Shown: one piece after another, positions 50,304-59,256 of the stretch | Layout: every line of letters starts with the position of its first letter | Position numbering within the stretch: position 1 is the first letter of the stretch | Origin: Staphylococcus phage vB_SscM-1 | DNA: 64,000 bases | Sequence record: NC_047767.1 | Strand: one strand, 5' to 3' | Notes under the pieces: model-generated | Databases searched by the model: none | What the model was told of the DNA's origin: nothing | The model's input: only the letters and a program-made list of their open reading frames with translations | Program-made: the position numbers and the translations under genes

Positions 50304-50318
50304 CCCTTATGATATAAT
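50290..50318 (+). promoter_or_regulatory. Sigma-A promoter TTGACA, 17 bp, TATAAT. The -35 is embedded in the inverted repeat AGGGTT-N10-AACCCT.
   Basis: -35 at 50290-50295 and -10 at 50313-50318. Confidence 0.6.
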
Positions 50319-50348
50319 ACAATTATAAAATTAAAGGAGAGATACAAT

Positions 50349-50699
50349 ATGTCAGAGATTAAAAAAGAGAAAGACTACGTTGAATTATCTTTTAGAAATA
50401 AAATAGGTGGTAAACATGTATTTGACACAGCAGAAGAAGCTTTAGATTGGGCAGATGAAAGAGGTTATGAGCCTGAGGAAATTAAAGTAGTAGAGAAAGA
50501 AGGACAGTACCTATACAGAAGCACTCTATGGGATACTGAAGAGCAAGCAGAAGTTATTAGAGATATTGTTAACATGTACGCATCAGCACACCCAGAGGAG
50601 CATCTATACGCAGGAGAGGCTTACAACTTCATTAAGATTCTTTCTATTATAGATAATCCTAATGAGTTAAAAGCTAAAGTAAAAGACATATTTAAATAG
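50349..50699 (+). CDS. Hypothetical protein, 116 aa.
   Basis: AAAGGAGAG RBS. Confidence 0.45.
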   Translation: MSEIKKEKDYVELSFRNKIGGKHVFDTAEEALDWADERGYEPEEIKVVEKEGQYLYRSTLWDTEEQAEVIRDIVNMYASAHPEEHLYAGEAYNFIKILSIIDNPNELKAKVKDIFK

Positions 50700-50710
50700 G
50701 AGGTAGAGTA

Positions 50711-51091
50711 ATGTTTAATACATTCGAAGATATTAGAGATAGAATTCTAGAACATCTAGATAGCATAAAGAGTAATGAAGAGGTATGTATAGTACAATAT
50801 TGTAAAGACCCTTTTACTGATATTGATATCATAAAGCTTCGTGTACAGAATTATGTAATTTTAAAAGAGCAGAAAAAAGTAACTTTCATGGTCAACGGTG
50901 AAACAGTACAACAGGGTACACTAACACCGGGTTATAGTCCTGTAGATGGTACTATCAGTAACATAGCAGATTTTACAATCTTAGGCTCAAAGTTTGATAA
51001 ACTAGAGGAGTATGTAGATTACCTTCAGTCACAAGGTAAGAATGTAAAATTAAAAAAAGTAGACATACTTCATAGTATTAGGAATACGTAG
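50711..51091 (+). CDS. Hypothetical protein, 126 aa.
   Basis: TAGGAGG RBS. Confidence 0.45.
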   Translation: MFNTFEDIRDRILEHLDSIKSNEEVCIVQYCKDPFTDIDIIKLRVQNYVILKEQKKVTFMVNGETVQQGTLTPGYSPVDGTISNIADFTILGSKFDKLEEYVDYLQSQGKNVKLKKVDILHSIRNT

Positions 51092-51101
51092 GGTAGATAT
51101 C

Positions 51102-51284
51102 ATGGATTTTGCACAGCATTTAAAACAAGAGAAAGAGAAACTAGGAACACCTAAGTTTAAACAGAAGCAAGAACCTGTAAGAAGGTTTACAGATGAGCAA
51201 AAGAAAGAACTTTGGAAGCGGGTTAAATCTAAATCTTCTTACATTGATTTAAGAAAAGATATTGACAAATACACATATCTATAG
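51102..51284 (+). CDS. Hypothetical basic protein, 60 aa.
   Basis: Coupled to the upstream gene. Confidence 0.4.
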   Translation: MDFAQHLKQEKEKLGTPKFKQKQEPVRRFTDEQKKELWKRVKSKSSYIDLRKDIDKYTYL

Positions 51285-51290
51285 TATAAT
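51262..51290 (+). promoter_or_regulatory. Sigma-A promoter TTGACA, 17 bp, TATAAT that transcribes into a 255-nt non-coding structured region.
   Basis: -35 at 51262-51267 and -10 at 51285-51290. Confidence 0.6.
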
Positions 51291-51545
51291 ACTATTATAA
51301 GCTACAGAAAGTTATTCACCTCTAAGGGATTGAGATATCGAACCCTTACCTGGGAAGGGAGGTCTTATGTAGGTACGACAGGTGCTTTCCGGTACAATAA
51401 CAAAAAAAATAAGAAAAAGGTTCACTTTAGATTTTTACTAGAGTAAGATAGCGGAAACTATCTTACTTACCTAGAGCACATAGGCAAGTGCTTGTGTGTT
51501 GTAGGTAGGTTTAACCTGCTACTTAATTAAAGGAGGAATATATTA
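51291..51545 (+). ncRNA. Candidate structured non-coding RNA or long 5' leader.
   Basis: GC-richer than the flanks. No ORF. Hairpins at 51323-51348, 51442-51467 (10-bp perfect stem AGTAAGATAG/CTATCTTACT) and 51506-51530. An RBS-ATG-TAG start-stop at 51355-51372. Confidence 0.3.
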
Positions 51546-51857
51546 ATGGAGAGAGTTATGGATTCTATTGACAAAGCTACAGGCGTTACCTGGGGAGCTT
51601 TAGTAACTCAACAGGTATTTTATGGAATAGGAATGATTATCTTAGCATCACTAGCATTGTTAGGTTTATATGTAATCTTGAAGAGGGTTACAATTAGAAA
51701 TATTAGCTTCAATGTATCATTAGTAATGTTATTCTTGACAGTAGTAAGTATTGCATTATTAGGATATGGATTTATGCATGTAATCAATCCTGGATATTAT
51801 GCTTTACAGGATATGAAAGATTCTTCATTCCAGTTTATTGATGCAGTTAAGCACTAA
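51546..51857 (+). CDS. Small membrane protein, 103 aa.
   Basis: AAGGAGGAA RBS. Two TM helices. Confidence 0.45.
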   Translation: MERVMDSIDKATGVTWGALVTQQVFYGIGMIILASLALLGLYVILKRVTIRNISFNVSLVMLFLTVVSIALLGYGFMHVINPGYYALQDMKDSSFQFIDAVKH

Positions 51858-51862
51858 AACCA

Positions 51863-51896
51863 AATAGGTATATACTAATTATGGTATATACCTATT
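51863..51896 (+). terminator. Strong hairpin (13-bp perfect stem), a probable terminator.
   Basis: AATAGGTATATAC-taattatg-GTATATACCTATT followed by ATTTAT. Confidence 0.5.
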
Positions 51897-51914
51897 ATTT
51901 ATAGGAGGTACATC

Positions 51915-52109
51915 ATGAGATATAACAATAAAGCATTTAACTTAATGGATAACCTAAACTTAGATTTGAAAAAGAAGATTACTAAGGTTACAGTTAAGTA
52001 TGGAGATAACGTGGTAATATACCATGTAGGTAATAAGCAACATGAGTTTACATTTGAGGAGTTAGTAAAAGGTGAGATAACTTTAGAGAGGTTTGAGAAA
52101 TCAAAATAG
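51915..52109 (+). CDS. Hypothetical protein, 64 aa.
   Basis: TAGGAGG RBS. Confidence 0.45.
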   Translation: MRYNNKAFNLMDNLNLDLKKKITKVTVKYGDNVVIYHVGNKQHEFTFEELVKGEITLERFEKSK

Positions 52110-52112
52110 GAG

Positions 52113-52442
52113 ATGATTACAATGGAATCTGTTCTGCAAAGTATAGAAGGTATAGAGAAAGTAGATACACCTACAGAACTAAGTAGGGCATTATTACTCA
52201 GTATGTTTAACACTGAGATTGATGATGAGTCAGAAGTAGAGTTAGAGAAGAGTTATGTAATGATAGGTAAGTTAAACTTTATTAAAGGGATGTTATCTAA
52301 TGAAGTACTGAAAGAAAGTAATTATGTAGATAAGATTGTTAAGATTGATTTACCAGATTACGTTAAGTATGATGTGATTAATTTAGCTATTACTAAGCTA
52401 GATGAAATGATTCACCAATTAAAAATAAAGAGAGGGTTATAA
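52113..52442 (+). CDS. Hypothetical protein, 109 aa.
   Basis: RBS GGAGATGA. Confidence 0.4.
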   Translation: MITMESVLQSIEGIEKVDTPTELSRALLLSMFNTEIDDESEVELEKSYVMIGKLNFIKGMLSNEVLKESNYVDKIVKIDLPDYVKYDVINLAITKLDEMIHQLKIKRGL

Positions 52443-52445
52443 ATT

Positions 52446-52784
52446 ATGACAAACAATGAGAGATATGAATTATTAAAACAGACGAGATTTTCACTTTTAG
52501 GAAACCTAGGAGCATTTCTAATATTAGCTACAGGTGAACCTGTTCAGTTACACAATGAATCTGATTATATGGCTTTAAAGAATACAGAAGGTGTATTAGT
52601 AGAGATTAAAGATTTACTAGTGCATGACCATACATGGAAGGTAGAGAAAGAGCCTGCATTACAAGATGGTATTGCTAAGATTGTACAAGCTATTCAAGTA
52701 GTATGTTCAGAAATGAATAATCTTGTTGATAAGATGAATAGTGAGTATATAGCAGGAGCAGTAAATGACATGTTTAATGAATAA
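52446..52784 (+). CDS. Hypothetical protein, 112 aa.
   Basis: Coupled to the upstream gene. Confidence 0.4.
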   Translation: MTNNERYELLKQTRFSLLGNLGAFLILATGEPVQLHNESDYMALKNTEGVLVEIKDLLVHDHTWKVEKEPALQDGIAKIVQAIQVVCSEMNNLVDKMNSEYIAGAVNDMFNE

Positions 52785-52794
52785 AACTTTTAAA

Positions 52795-52829
52795 AGAGGC
52801 TTGACAGCCTCTTTTTTATATGATATAAT
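52795..52829 (+). promoter_or_regulatory. Terminator-promoter hybrid. The loop of the AGAGGC-TTGACA-GCCTCT hairpin is the -35 hexamer. It is followed by TTTTTT, a 17 bp spacer and TATAAT.
   Basis: -35 at 52801-52806 and -10 at 52824-52829. Confidence 0.6.
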
Positions 52830-52859
52830 AAGGGTAACTTATTAAAGGAGGTACAACTA

Positions 52860-53075
52860 ATGATACTTTTAAATATGCTATTAACCATATTGATACTAGG
52901 AATAAACGCAGTAACATTATTCCTATTATTCATAGGTCTTAGATACTTAGATACTAAGTTGATGGATAGTAAACACAGAGAGCCTATAATGATTACAGCA
53001 ATGTTTATTTACTCAACAGTTATGATAATATTTAGTAAGTTATTAAAAGAAGGGTTTACTGTTATATGGGGTTAA
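52860..53075 (+). CDS. Small membrane protein, 71 aa.
   Basis: AAAGGAGG RBS. Two TM helices. Confidence 0.45.
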   Translation: MILLNMLLTILILGINAVTLFLLFIGLRYLDTKLMDSKHREPIMITAMFIYSTVMIIFSKLLKEGFTVIWG

Positions 53076-53101
53076 TTTAAAGACAAATAGGAGGAGAAGT
53101 T

Positions 53102-53485
53102 ATGGAAAATTTAAGAAATATGCAAATTGAAATTGGAGGGTATGTTCTTTCTGTAAGTATAGAACACTTCAACACAATTAATGGTAAAAGGAAACTAGTT
53201 GATTACCATCATATTAAAACTAAGAGGCAGAAAAACTTTAGGAAAACTAAAGAATTTTATAATGAGTTTAAGAAGATTAAAGTCAATAGAAATAAATTTG
53301 ATGAACTTCATGAGTGGGTAAGTATATATGATGATGCAACATTAGAAGATGTTGTAAACAATAAAGAAATGGTATTAGAAATTTTAGGGTTAGAAGAACA
53401 TTCACTTTTAGTTTACACAAAAAAGGCAATAAAAGAGTGTATAGAAGCTAGAGTAGAAGAAGAGTTAAATGAGCTAGATGGGTAA
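53102..53485 (+). CDS. Hypothetical protein, 127 aa.
   Basis: TAGGAGGAG RBS. Confidence 0.45.
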   Translation: MENLRNMQIEIGGYVLSVSIEHFNTINGKRKLVDYHHIKTKRQKNFRKTKEFYNEFKKIKVNRNKFDELHEWVSIYDDATLEDVVNNKEMVLEILGLEEHSLLVYTKKAIKECIEARVEEELNELDG

Positions 53486-53513
53486 AATGAAGATTTTGTA
53501 AGGAGGAGAAAAC

Positions 53514-53834
53514 ATGAAAAAAGAAGTATGGTTTTATACATTTGTTTCCATATTATTAATAATGCTCTTTGCTACATTTTACGTAAGCTTAAAAGATATG
53601 AAAGATAATAATATTTATGAAGGAGAAGTTACCGGTATTGAGCATAGACACCCAACTGGTAAGTATAACCCTAGAGACAGATATGTAGTTAACATAGAGA
53701 AAGATGGAAAGCAGAACAGTTTTCGTGTTTCACAAGTTGAGTATAAAGCAATTAAAGTGGGTATGTATCTAGTTTGGGATAATGAAGAGGGAAAAGTAAA
53801 AGAGTTAAGAGAAAGTAAATATGAAAGAAATTAA
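53514..53834 (+). CDS. N-terminally anchored membrane protein, 106 aa.
   Basis: AAGGAGGAG RBS. Confidence 0.45.
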   Translation: MKKEVWFYTFVSILLIMLFATFYVSLKDMKDNNIYEGEVTGIEHRHPTGKYNPRDRYVVNIEKDGKQNSFRVSQVEYKAIKVGMYLVWDNEEGKVKELRESKYERN

Positions 53835-53846
53835 GGAGGTTAAACT

Positions 53847-54302
53847 ATGGAATTTATAGACAAGTATAATGTTATTAAAGCTTATGATATATCAAACGTT
53901 TACTTACCGGGATTTATTTTGATACCTTGTGATAAATACGGGGTACAAATATATTATGATTGTGATATGATTTATTATTCTAAAGGTAAGGTATTGAGTT
54001 ACCCTAGTAATAAACCACTAAGAAAAATAAAAAATTTAAGTGCTTATTATAAAGTATATAAAGAAGATGGAAAGGATAAAGAATTAATTAGAATAGTTAC
54101 AAATTTTATCTATAGAGAGTATAAAGAAAGTATGCGTGGTAATGAGTTTAACGAAGAATTTACACCAGAGGAATTTGAAATATATAAAGAGGCTTATGAA
54201 AAAGAATGGGATAATGCTATTTATAAAAGAGCATTTAGTTTTGATGAGCTTAAAGAAAAAGGTTCAATTAAAACAGAATTACCCAATCTTTTCGATGAGT
54301 AA
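53847..54302 (+). CDS. Hypothetical protein, 151 aa.
   Basis: AAGGAGG RBS. Confidence 0.45.
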   Translation: MEFIDKYNVIKAYDISNVYLPGFILIPCDKYGVQIYYDCDMIYYSKGKVLSYPSNKPLRKIKNLSAYYKVYKEDGKDKELIRIVTNFIYREYKESMRGNEFNEEFTPEEFEIYKEAYEKEWDNAIYKRAFSFDELKEKGSIKTELPNLFDE

Positions 54303-54343
54303 TTAAATAGTTGATACACTACAAACATTAGGAGGAGATATAG

Positions 54344-54655
54344 GTGGATTATACAACTTACTTAGATTTATTTGACGTTATGGAAGAAGAAAAAGAAATG
54401 TGGGTAGGAGAATACCATTTGAGATTTTTAAGAAAAGTTACATCAATATCTATACGTATTAGTAAAAGGATTAATGGAGATGGACTACTTAAAAAGGTAA
54501 CAGAATTATACCCTGAATACTATTGCTATAACATAACAGAAATAGAAAAGTATGATACCCTTACAGAGTATCTTAAAGATTTAGAACATATTAAAGAGCA
54601 GGTAGAAAAAGAAAAAAGAGAACGTAACGAAGCAGTTTATAAGTTCTTACAGTAA
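54344..54655 (+). CDS. Hypothetical protein, 103 aa.
   Basis: GTG start after TAGGAGGAG. Confidence 0.4.
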   Translation: MDYTTYLDLFDVMEEEKEMWVGEYHLRFLRKVTSISIRISKRINGDGLLKKVTELYPEYYCYNITEIEKYDTLTEYLKDLEHIKEQVEKEKRERNEAVYKFLQ

Positions 54656-54667
54656 GGAGGAGTAATC

Positions 54668-55495
54668 ATGATGGATAAGGATATTAAGCAAGCTATAGAG
54701 AAGAGAAAACAATACTTAGATAGCCAGAAAGTATTTAGTAACCCTGATGAATTTCAATGGGGTATGTATAAAGGTAAAGAAATAACTAAAAAACCTATAT
54801 TCCAATCACACGATAGTCCTCTTCTTTTTGCAGGAGAGATTGTTTTAAGTGTAACTATTTTTGTAGCAGGATTCACAGGGTTTATACTTGGCATGTTAGG
54901 TAACCTTCTAATAGGTTCTCCTTTACTAATTTTAAGTATACTACTACTTGTTACCTTTCTTATAAATACTAATGGTATACCTAAGTTTGTTCCTACTAAA
55001 GGGAATAAGTATAACAACTTAGGAGACTATAACAAAGAGAAGTATGCAAGATTACACAAGCTTATCTATGTAAAGGGTGAATTCTACAGAGTATGGTATG
55101 TAAGATATATACTAGGATTAGATGAAACTGAGTTTAAAGCATCAGACAGTATTAACCTGATGCTTCGAGATAACTACTCACGTTATGGAGGTACTACGTA
55201 TCTACATAGAGGTATTAGTCATGGCATACCTTATATAGAAGAAGTAAAATCCGAACCTGAAGAAGAAGAAGTGGATGAAGGAGAACTAGATAGAGTAAGG
55301 AACCTATTAATGGATGCTGATAGAGATAGAGAGCATTGGCTTAACAGTTTAACCACTACAAGATTCCTGGACTATGACGAGTTCTTGCATATACTAGATA
55401 CAGAGAAAGCTGTGGAAGAAGCTAAAGAACTAGATAGTAAAGTTTCTCAGTTTGAAGAGTATATGAATCACAAAAATAAAATAAAAAAACTTTAG
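54668..55495 (+). CDS. Membrane protein, 275 aa (two TM helices, acidic C-terminal region).
   Basis: AAGGAGGAG RBS. Confidence 0.45.
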   Translation: MMDKDIKQAIEKRKQYLDSQKVFSNPDEFQWGMYKGKEITKKPIFQSHDSPLLFAGEIVLSVTIFVAGFTGFILGMLGNLLIGSPLLILSILLLVTFLINTNGIPKFVPTKGNKYNNLGDYNKEKYARLHKLIYVKGEFYRVWYVRYILGLDETEFKASDSINLMLRDNYSRYGGTTYLHRGISHGIPYIEEVKSEPEEEEVDEGELDRVRNLLMDADRDREHWLNSLTTTRFLDYDEFLHILDTEKAVEEAKELDSKVSQFEEYMNHKNKIKKL

Positions 55496-55533
55496 CACTA
55501 CCTATTGACATAGGTAGTGTTTTATAGTATAAT
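55496..55533 (+). promoter_or_regulatory. Terminator-promoter hybrid. The -35 TTGACA sits in the loop of the CACTACCT/AGGTAGTG hairpin. TTTT, a 17 bp spacer and TATAAT follow.
   Basis: -35 at 55505-55510 and -10 at 55528-55533. Near-identical to the element at 58633-58670. Confidence 0.6.
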
Positions 55534-55567
55534 ACTAGTATAAACAAGTTAAAGGAGATTGGTAATT

Positions 55568-55840
55568 ATGCATGAACTACAAGGAGTACAAACATTATTC
55601 AATAAGTTAGAGGATAGACTAGGAGGTATGGCTGTATATGGAGGTAAACACTTAGGGTACAAAGATAACCTAAAAGCTAGGTTGGGAATTGACAGTACAG
55701 CTTTTGAAGTGTTATACTTTGATGAGTTAGATGAATACTTAGAAACACCAGAAGATTTCCATTTACACAATGATAACTCAAAAGTAGATTGGATTGAAGT
55801 ATGGGAGCAGTTAAACAAAATTGAAAGAGAACTTATTTAA
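55568..55840 (+). CDS. Hypothetical protein, about 90 aa.
   Basis: AAAGGAG RBS 10 nt before the ATG at 55568. Confidence 0.45.
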   Translation: MHELQGVQTLFNKLEDRLGGMAVYGGKHLGYKDNLKARLGIDSTAFEVLYFDELDEYLETPEDFHLHNDNSKVDWIEVWEQLNKIERELI

Positions 55841-55854
55841 AGGAGGTTATAGTC

Positions 55855-56097
55855 ATGTATGAGATATATAGTTTATATTTAATCAATGAGAATGAAAAAA
55901 AGGCTTTCTACATGGGTATGCAAAACCACCAAGACCATTACCTTAAAACTATTGCTAAGGAACGATTAGAAGTAAGTAAATACTTTGATAGGTATGTTAT
56001 TATAGGTGTGTTAAAAGGAAATAAGGATGAGCTAGAAGGTTATAAAATATTAGACCCTTTTAGTAAGGAATGGGAAGAATATGACAAAGAATTATAG
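55855..56097 (+). CDS. Hypothetical protein, 80 aa.
   Basis: AAAGGAGG RBS. Confidence 0.45.
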   Translation: MYEIYSLYLINENEKKAFYMGMQNHQDHYLKTIAKERLEVSKYFDRYVIIGVLKGNKDELEGYKILDPFSKEWEEYDKEL

Positions 56098-56109
56098 GAG
56101 GGATAATTT

Positions 56110-56298
56110 ATGGTAGATTGCTTTTATACAATAAGAACAGTAGATGGTAAAAAGTATTCTTACAATAGTCGTAACAGGACACTAATCTCTACATATAAAG
56201 ATGTTATGGATTATGATTATGTAGAGGTAACTAAATGGGCTAAAGATACAATAGTCCTTATTAATACTAAACATATAGTATCTATTGAACGATGGTAA
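56110..56298 (+). CDS. Hypothetical protein, 62 aa.
   Basis: TAGGAGGGA RBS. Confidence 0.4.
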   Translation: MVDCFYTIRTVDGKKYSYNSRNRTLISTYKDVMDYDYVEVTKWAKDTIVLINTKHIVSIERW

Positions 56299-56317
56299 AT
56301 AATAAGGAGGAACTATA

Positions 56318-56728
56318 ATGAAAAATATAGAAGAGTTATTAAGCATTATTACAAAAGGTATGAGTGAGAAAGATATTGAACTCACTCACATAGATTTATA
56401 TGAAAAAGCAGTAAGTATTAATAGGGAAGTAAAGGTTTGTATAGGGGATGATTGGTTTTTAGTTTGTAGAATAGAGTTTTGTGGTAGTTTTACAACTTTT
56501 AAAGCCTATTCTACTGATTCAATGTTGGATAAAGTTTTAGAGTTACTCACAGAGGATGACTGGTTACCTGGAGATGATATTGAAAATGATTTAGAATGTT
56601 GTACCTTAGTAGTAGAGAATGATTGTTATAGATTATTATATAATGATTATAGTATATCTGATAGAATGACATTAAACTATTTAAAAAGTAACTATACTAA
56701 TGCTAGTTTGGAAAAAAGGTTAAGATAA
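56318..56728 (+). CDS. Hypothetical protein, 136 aa.
   Basis: TAAGGAGG RBS. Confidence 0.45.
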   Translation: MKNIEELLSIITKGMSEKDIELTHIDLYEKAVSINREVKVCIGDDWFLVCRIEFCGSFTTFKAYSTDSMLDKVLELLTEDDWLPGDDIENDLECCTLVVENDCYRLLYNDYSISDRMTLNYLKSNYTNASLEKRLR

Positions 56729-56741
56729 GGAGGAGACAAAT

Positions 56742-57092
56742 ATGGAAATGCAATTTTATGAGGATTTAAAGAAATTTATTTTTGGTAATTCTAAGGAATA
56801 TGAACCAGGTGTATTTAAGGTTAAGGTAAAGAATAAAGGTATTACCTATCAACTAAGTTGTCATAAAAGTGTAAGTAGAGCCGGTTGGTATGTAGACATT
56901 ACAAGGGTTAATTATGAATATGATGTTAGTGTACGTGTATCTACCTACACCTTAGGTAAGTTACCTAACTTTGAGACCTTAGAGCAAGTTTTTGATTTTG
57001 AGAGAGAGTTATATGAGGCTAAAGAGAAAGAAGAACTAGAAAGAAAAAGAAGATTAGATATTATGTTAGAGAACGTTACTATTGTAGAGTAG
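56742..57092 (+). CDS. Hypothetical protein, 116 aa.
   Basis: TAAGGAGGAG RBS. Confidence 0.45.
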   Translation: MEMQFYEDLKKFIFGNSKEYEPGVFKVKVKNKGITYQLSCHKSVSRAGWYVDITRVNYEYDVSVRVSTYTLGKLPNFETLEQVFDFERELYEAKEKEELERKRRLDIMLENVTIVE

Positions 57093-57105
57093 GAGGGAAC
57101 TAATT

Positions 57106-57606
57106 ATGAGTAATTATGATTCACTTAGTGCTAGTACTAAAACAGATGCTATTTGTAAGCTTATAGACTACTACCATAGCTTACCAGATAAAGAGGAGGA
57201 ACCAACAAATATGGATTATGAAACATTTCTAAGATTTTTTGATAAGCTAAGGGAAGAAGAGCGTATAAGTATAGGTGAGTATGTAATCAAATATAAAGAT
57301 GAACCCGTTATAAGACCGGATAGCTATAAGAGTATAAACTACTTTAGAGACGATTATATGATAGGGGAAGACTATATTAAAGAGTACTATAAGTTAGGAG
57401 AAATTATGCCTACTCTTGACACTAGCTTTGATATCAGTGGTATTAAGAAATATGCTAAGCTTAAAGACTACCTAGACTATCTATATAAAAGTAACATAGA
57501 AGAACTAAAGAGACAAGAACAAGAAAGAGAAAGAGAACTACTAGAGAGACAAAGAGAAGAAGAACTAAAAGAGAAGAAACTAAATGATTTCTTAGATATT
57601 AATTAA
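57106..57606 (+). CDS. Hypothetical protein, 166 aa.
   Basis: TAGGAGGGA RBS. Confidence 0.45.
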   Translation: MSNYDSLSASTKTDAICKLIDYYHSLPDKEEEPTNMDYETFLRFFDKLREEERISIGEYVIKYKDEPVIRPDSYKSINYFRDDYMIGEDYIKEYYKLGEIMPTLDTSFDISGIKKYAKLKDYLDYLYKSNIEELKRQEQERERELLERQREEELKEKKLNDFLDIN

Positions 57607-57626
57607 AACATAGAGGAGAGTTTACA

Positions 57627-58031
57627 ATGAAAGTAGAAGATAAAGTATTAGAGAGAATTGATTCACTCGGAGGTAAGATAGATAATATCAGTCAGCACGC
57701 ATGGGAATCTTTAGTAAAGTATCAAATTATACATGGTATTATAGACCTTATAGTAGGTATTGTAGTTATAGCTTTAACTATATTCCTATGGAAAGTGTTT
57801 ATTAACCAATGTAAAAAGGTAAATAGTGAAGATTATGCTCGTAGTTTACTATTTGAAGACGATGAGGATTTATCCATTATAGGTATTGTTTATATACTAT
57901 TAGTATTCCTGTTGACAATAATTGCCTTTGTGTACCTAGTAACAGGGGCACCTACAGATATTATGAAAATAGTAAACCCTGAAGTATTTGTTGTAAAAGA
58001 TTTAATTGACCAAGCTAAAGGAGGAAATTAA
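57627..58031 (+). CDS. Membrane protein, 134 aa.
   Basis: AGAGGAGAG RBS. Two TM helices. Confidence 0.45.
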   Translation: MKVEDKVLERIDSLGGKIDNISQHAWESLVKYQIIHGIIDLIVGIVVIALTIFLWKVFINQCKKVNSEDYARSLLFEDDEDLSIIGIVYILLVFLLTIIAFVYLVTGAPTDIMKIVNPEVFVVKDLIDQAKGGN

Positions 58032-58033
58032 TT

Positions 58034-58276
58034 GTGAATAAAGGTACTATTGAAGAAATAATCGTAACAACTACAAGCTCTAACATTCAAGATAGAGGTA
58101 TGCTTATTATTGAAGAAGGAATAACTGACCTACCATTAGACCAGGTACTAACTAGAATTGAAGATGGAATAGAAAGTAACACTAGTATCAGAATACCACA
58201 TAAAAACTACAAGGGTTATACAAGACTATTCCCTCAGTTTATCGTAAGCTATGATGTTTATATAGAGGAGGAATGA
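58034..58276 (+). CDS. Hypothetical protein, 80 aa.
   Basis: GTG start after AAAGGAGGAA. Confidence 0.4.
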   Translation: MNKGTIEEIIVTTTSSNIQDRGMLIIEEGITDLPLDQVLTRIEDGIESNTSIRIPHKNYKGYTRLFPQFIVSYDVYIEEE

Positions 58277-58279
58277 TAA

Positions 58280-58621
58280 ATGAAATACATTGGTAAGGAT
58301 TACACATTAGAAGGAAGTCCTGAAGAGATAAAGGAGTTTTTAAGTAAGGAAAATAGTAGTACACCTTTATACAATAGATATAAGTTAACAGAAGACTTAT
58401 TACTATTTTATGAAAATGTAGAAACTATTATGGAAGCTAATAGAGGAGAGTATAATGGTTTCACATGGATACCAGAGCGTGGATATGAAGCACCTAAAGG
58501 TACTGTATTAGACTATGTAAGAGATAGAGATAAGTGTAAGATATTTAGGAATGAAAAAGGTACAGAGGTTAAAGTATCTAAGAGGGATATAGAGCAAGGA
58601 AGGTTAATTCCTTTAAAATAA
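58280..58621 (+). CDS. Hypothetical protein, 113 aa, carrying the paralogous N-terminal motif LEGSPEEIKEFL.
   Basis: AGAGGAGGAA RBS. Confidence 0.45.
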   Translation: MKYIGKDYTLEGSPEEIKEFLSKENSSTPLYNRYKLTEDLLLFYENVETIMEANRGEYNGFTWIPERGYEAPKGTVLDYVRDRDKCKIFRNEKGTEVKVSKRDIEQGRLIPLK

Positions 58622-58632
58622 AAAAACTTTAA

Positions 58633-58670
58633 CTCTACCTGTTGACATAGGTAGAGTTTTATAGTATAAT
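58633..58670 (+). promoter_or_regulatory. Terminator-promoter hybrid. The CTCTACCT/AGGTAGAG hairpin carries TTGACA in its loop. TTTT, a 17 bp spacer and TATAAT follow.
   Basis: -35 at 58642-58647 and -10 at 58665-58670. Confidence 0.6.
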
Positions 58671-58715
58671 AAGAGTATAAACAATAAAAGATACATTTTA
58701 TAGGAGGAGTTAATT

Positions 58716-59225
58716 ATGAGTAATATAGATGATAAATTTGACAGTATATTGGAAGAAATATCAAATATGACTGATGAACAAATTGAAAGTATTAATAAGG
58801 ATTTAAAAATAAAAGAAGAGAAGAGAGATTTAATTTCAAGGAAAGCTGAGAACAAAGATTTTGATTTAAGTAAAATGTTTGGAGTGGTAATAGATATATA
58901 TGGAAGTGTTTCGACAGAAGATATTCTTTATTCTTATGAAGATAAGTACAAATATTTATACCCAAATGAAGAATTTATGCACCAAGAGCTAGATTCTATA
59001 TGTGTTTATATCAATAACTTTTACAACAATAATAAAATGGAATACCCTCCATTCTATATAGACACTTACTTTGGTATAGATATTTACTTACGATATAACG
59101 ATAAGTTGTTTAGATATTTTTATATGCAAGGACAAGGAACAGCCGAAGGTTTTACTAAAGGTGGCTTAGATAAGAAAGTTAAGTATTGCCTAAATTTAAA
59201 TACTGAGACAGTTGAAAGGATTTAA
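58716..59225 (+). CDS. Hypothetical protein, 169 aa.
   Basis: TAGGAGGAG RBS. Confidence 0.45.
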   Translation: MSNIDDKFDSILEEISNMTDEQIESINKDLKIKEEKRDLISRKAENKDFDLSKMFGVVIDIYGSVSTEDILYSYEDKYKYLYPNEEFMHQELDSICVYINNFYNNNKMEYPPFYIDTYFGIDIYLRYNDKLFRYFYMQGQGTAEGFTKGGLDKKVKYCLNLNTETVERI

Positions 59226-59256
59226 AACATACATTTTATAGAGGAGATGATTGGAA

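Noticed and set aside
51323-51348. Possible minus-strand tRNA (ATCGAACC resembling the reverse complement of a T-loop GGTTCGAT).
   Set aside because: The reverse complement does not form a cloverleaf. The motif sits in a simple hairpin with a 14-nt loop, and no acceptor, D or anticodon arms could be built.
51899-52213. 104-aa minus-strand ORF, together with similar antisense ORFs at 55549..55818, 58613..58855, 62011..62422, 54754..55017, 56182..56385 and elsewhere.
   Set aside because: All lie fully inside or antisense to plus-strand genes that have RBSs and promoters. None has an RBS. These are taken as chance open frames.
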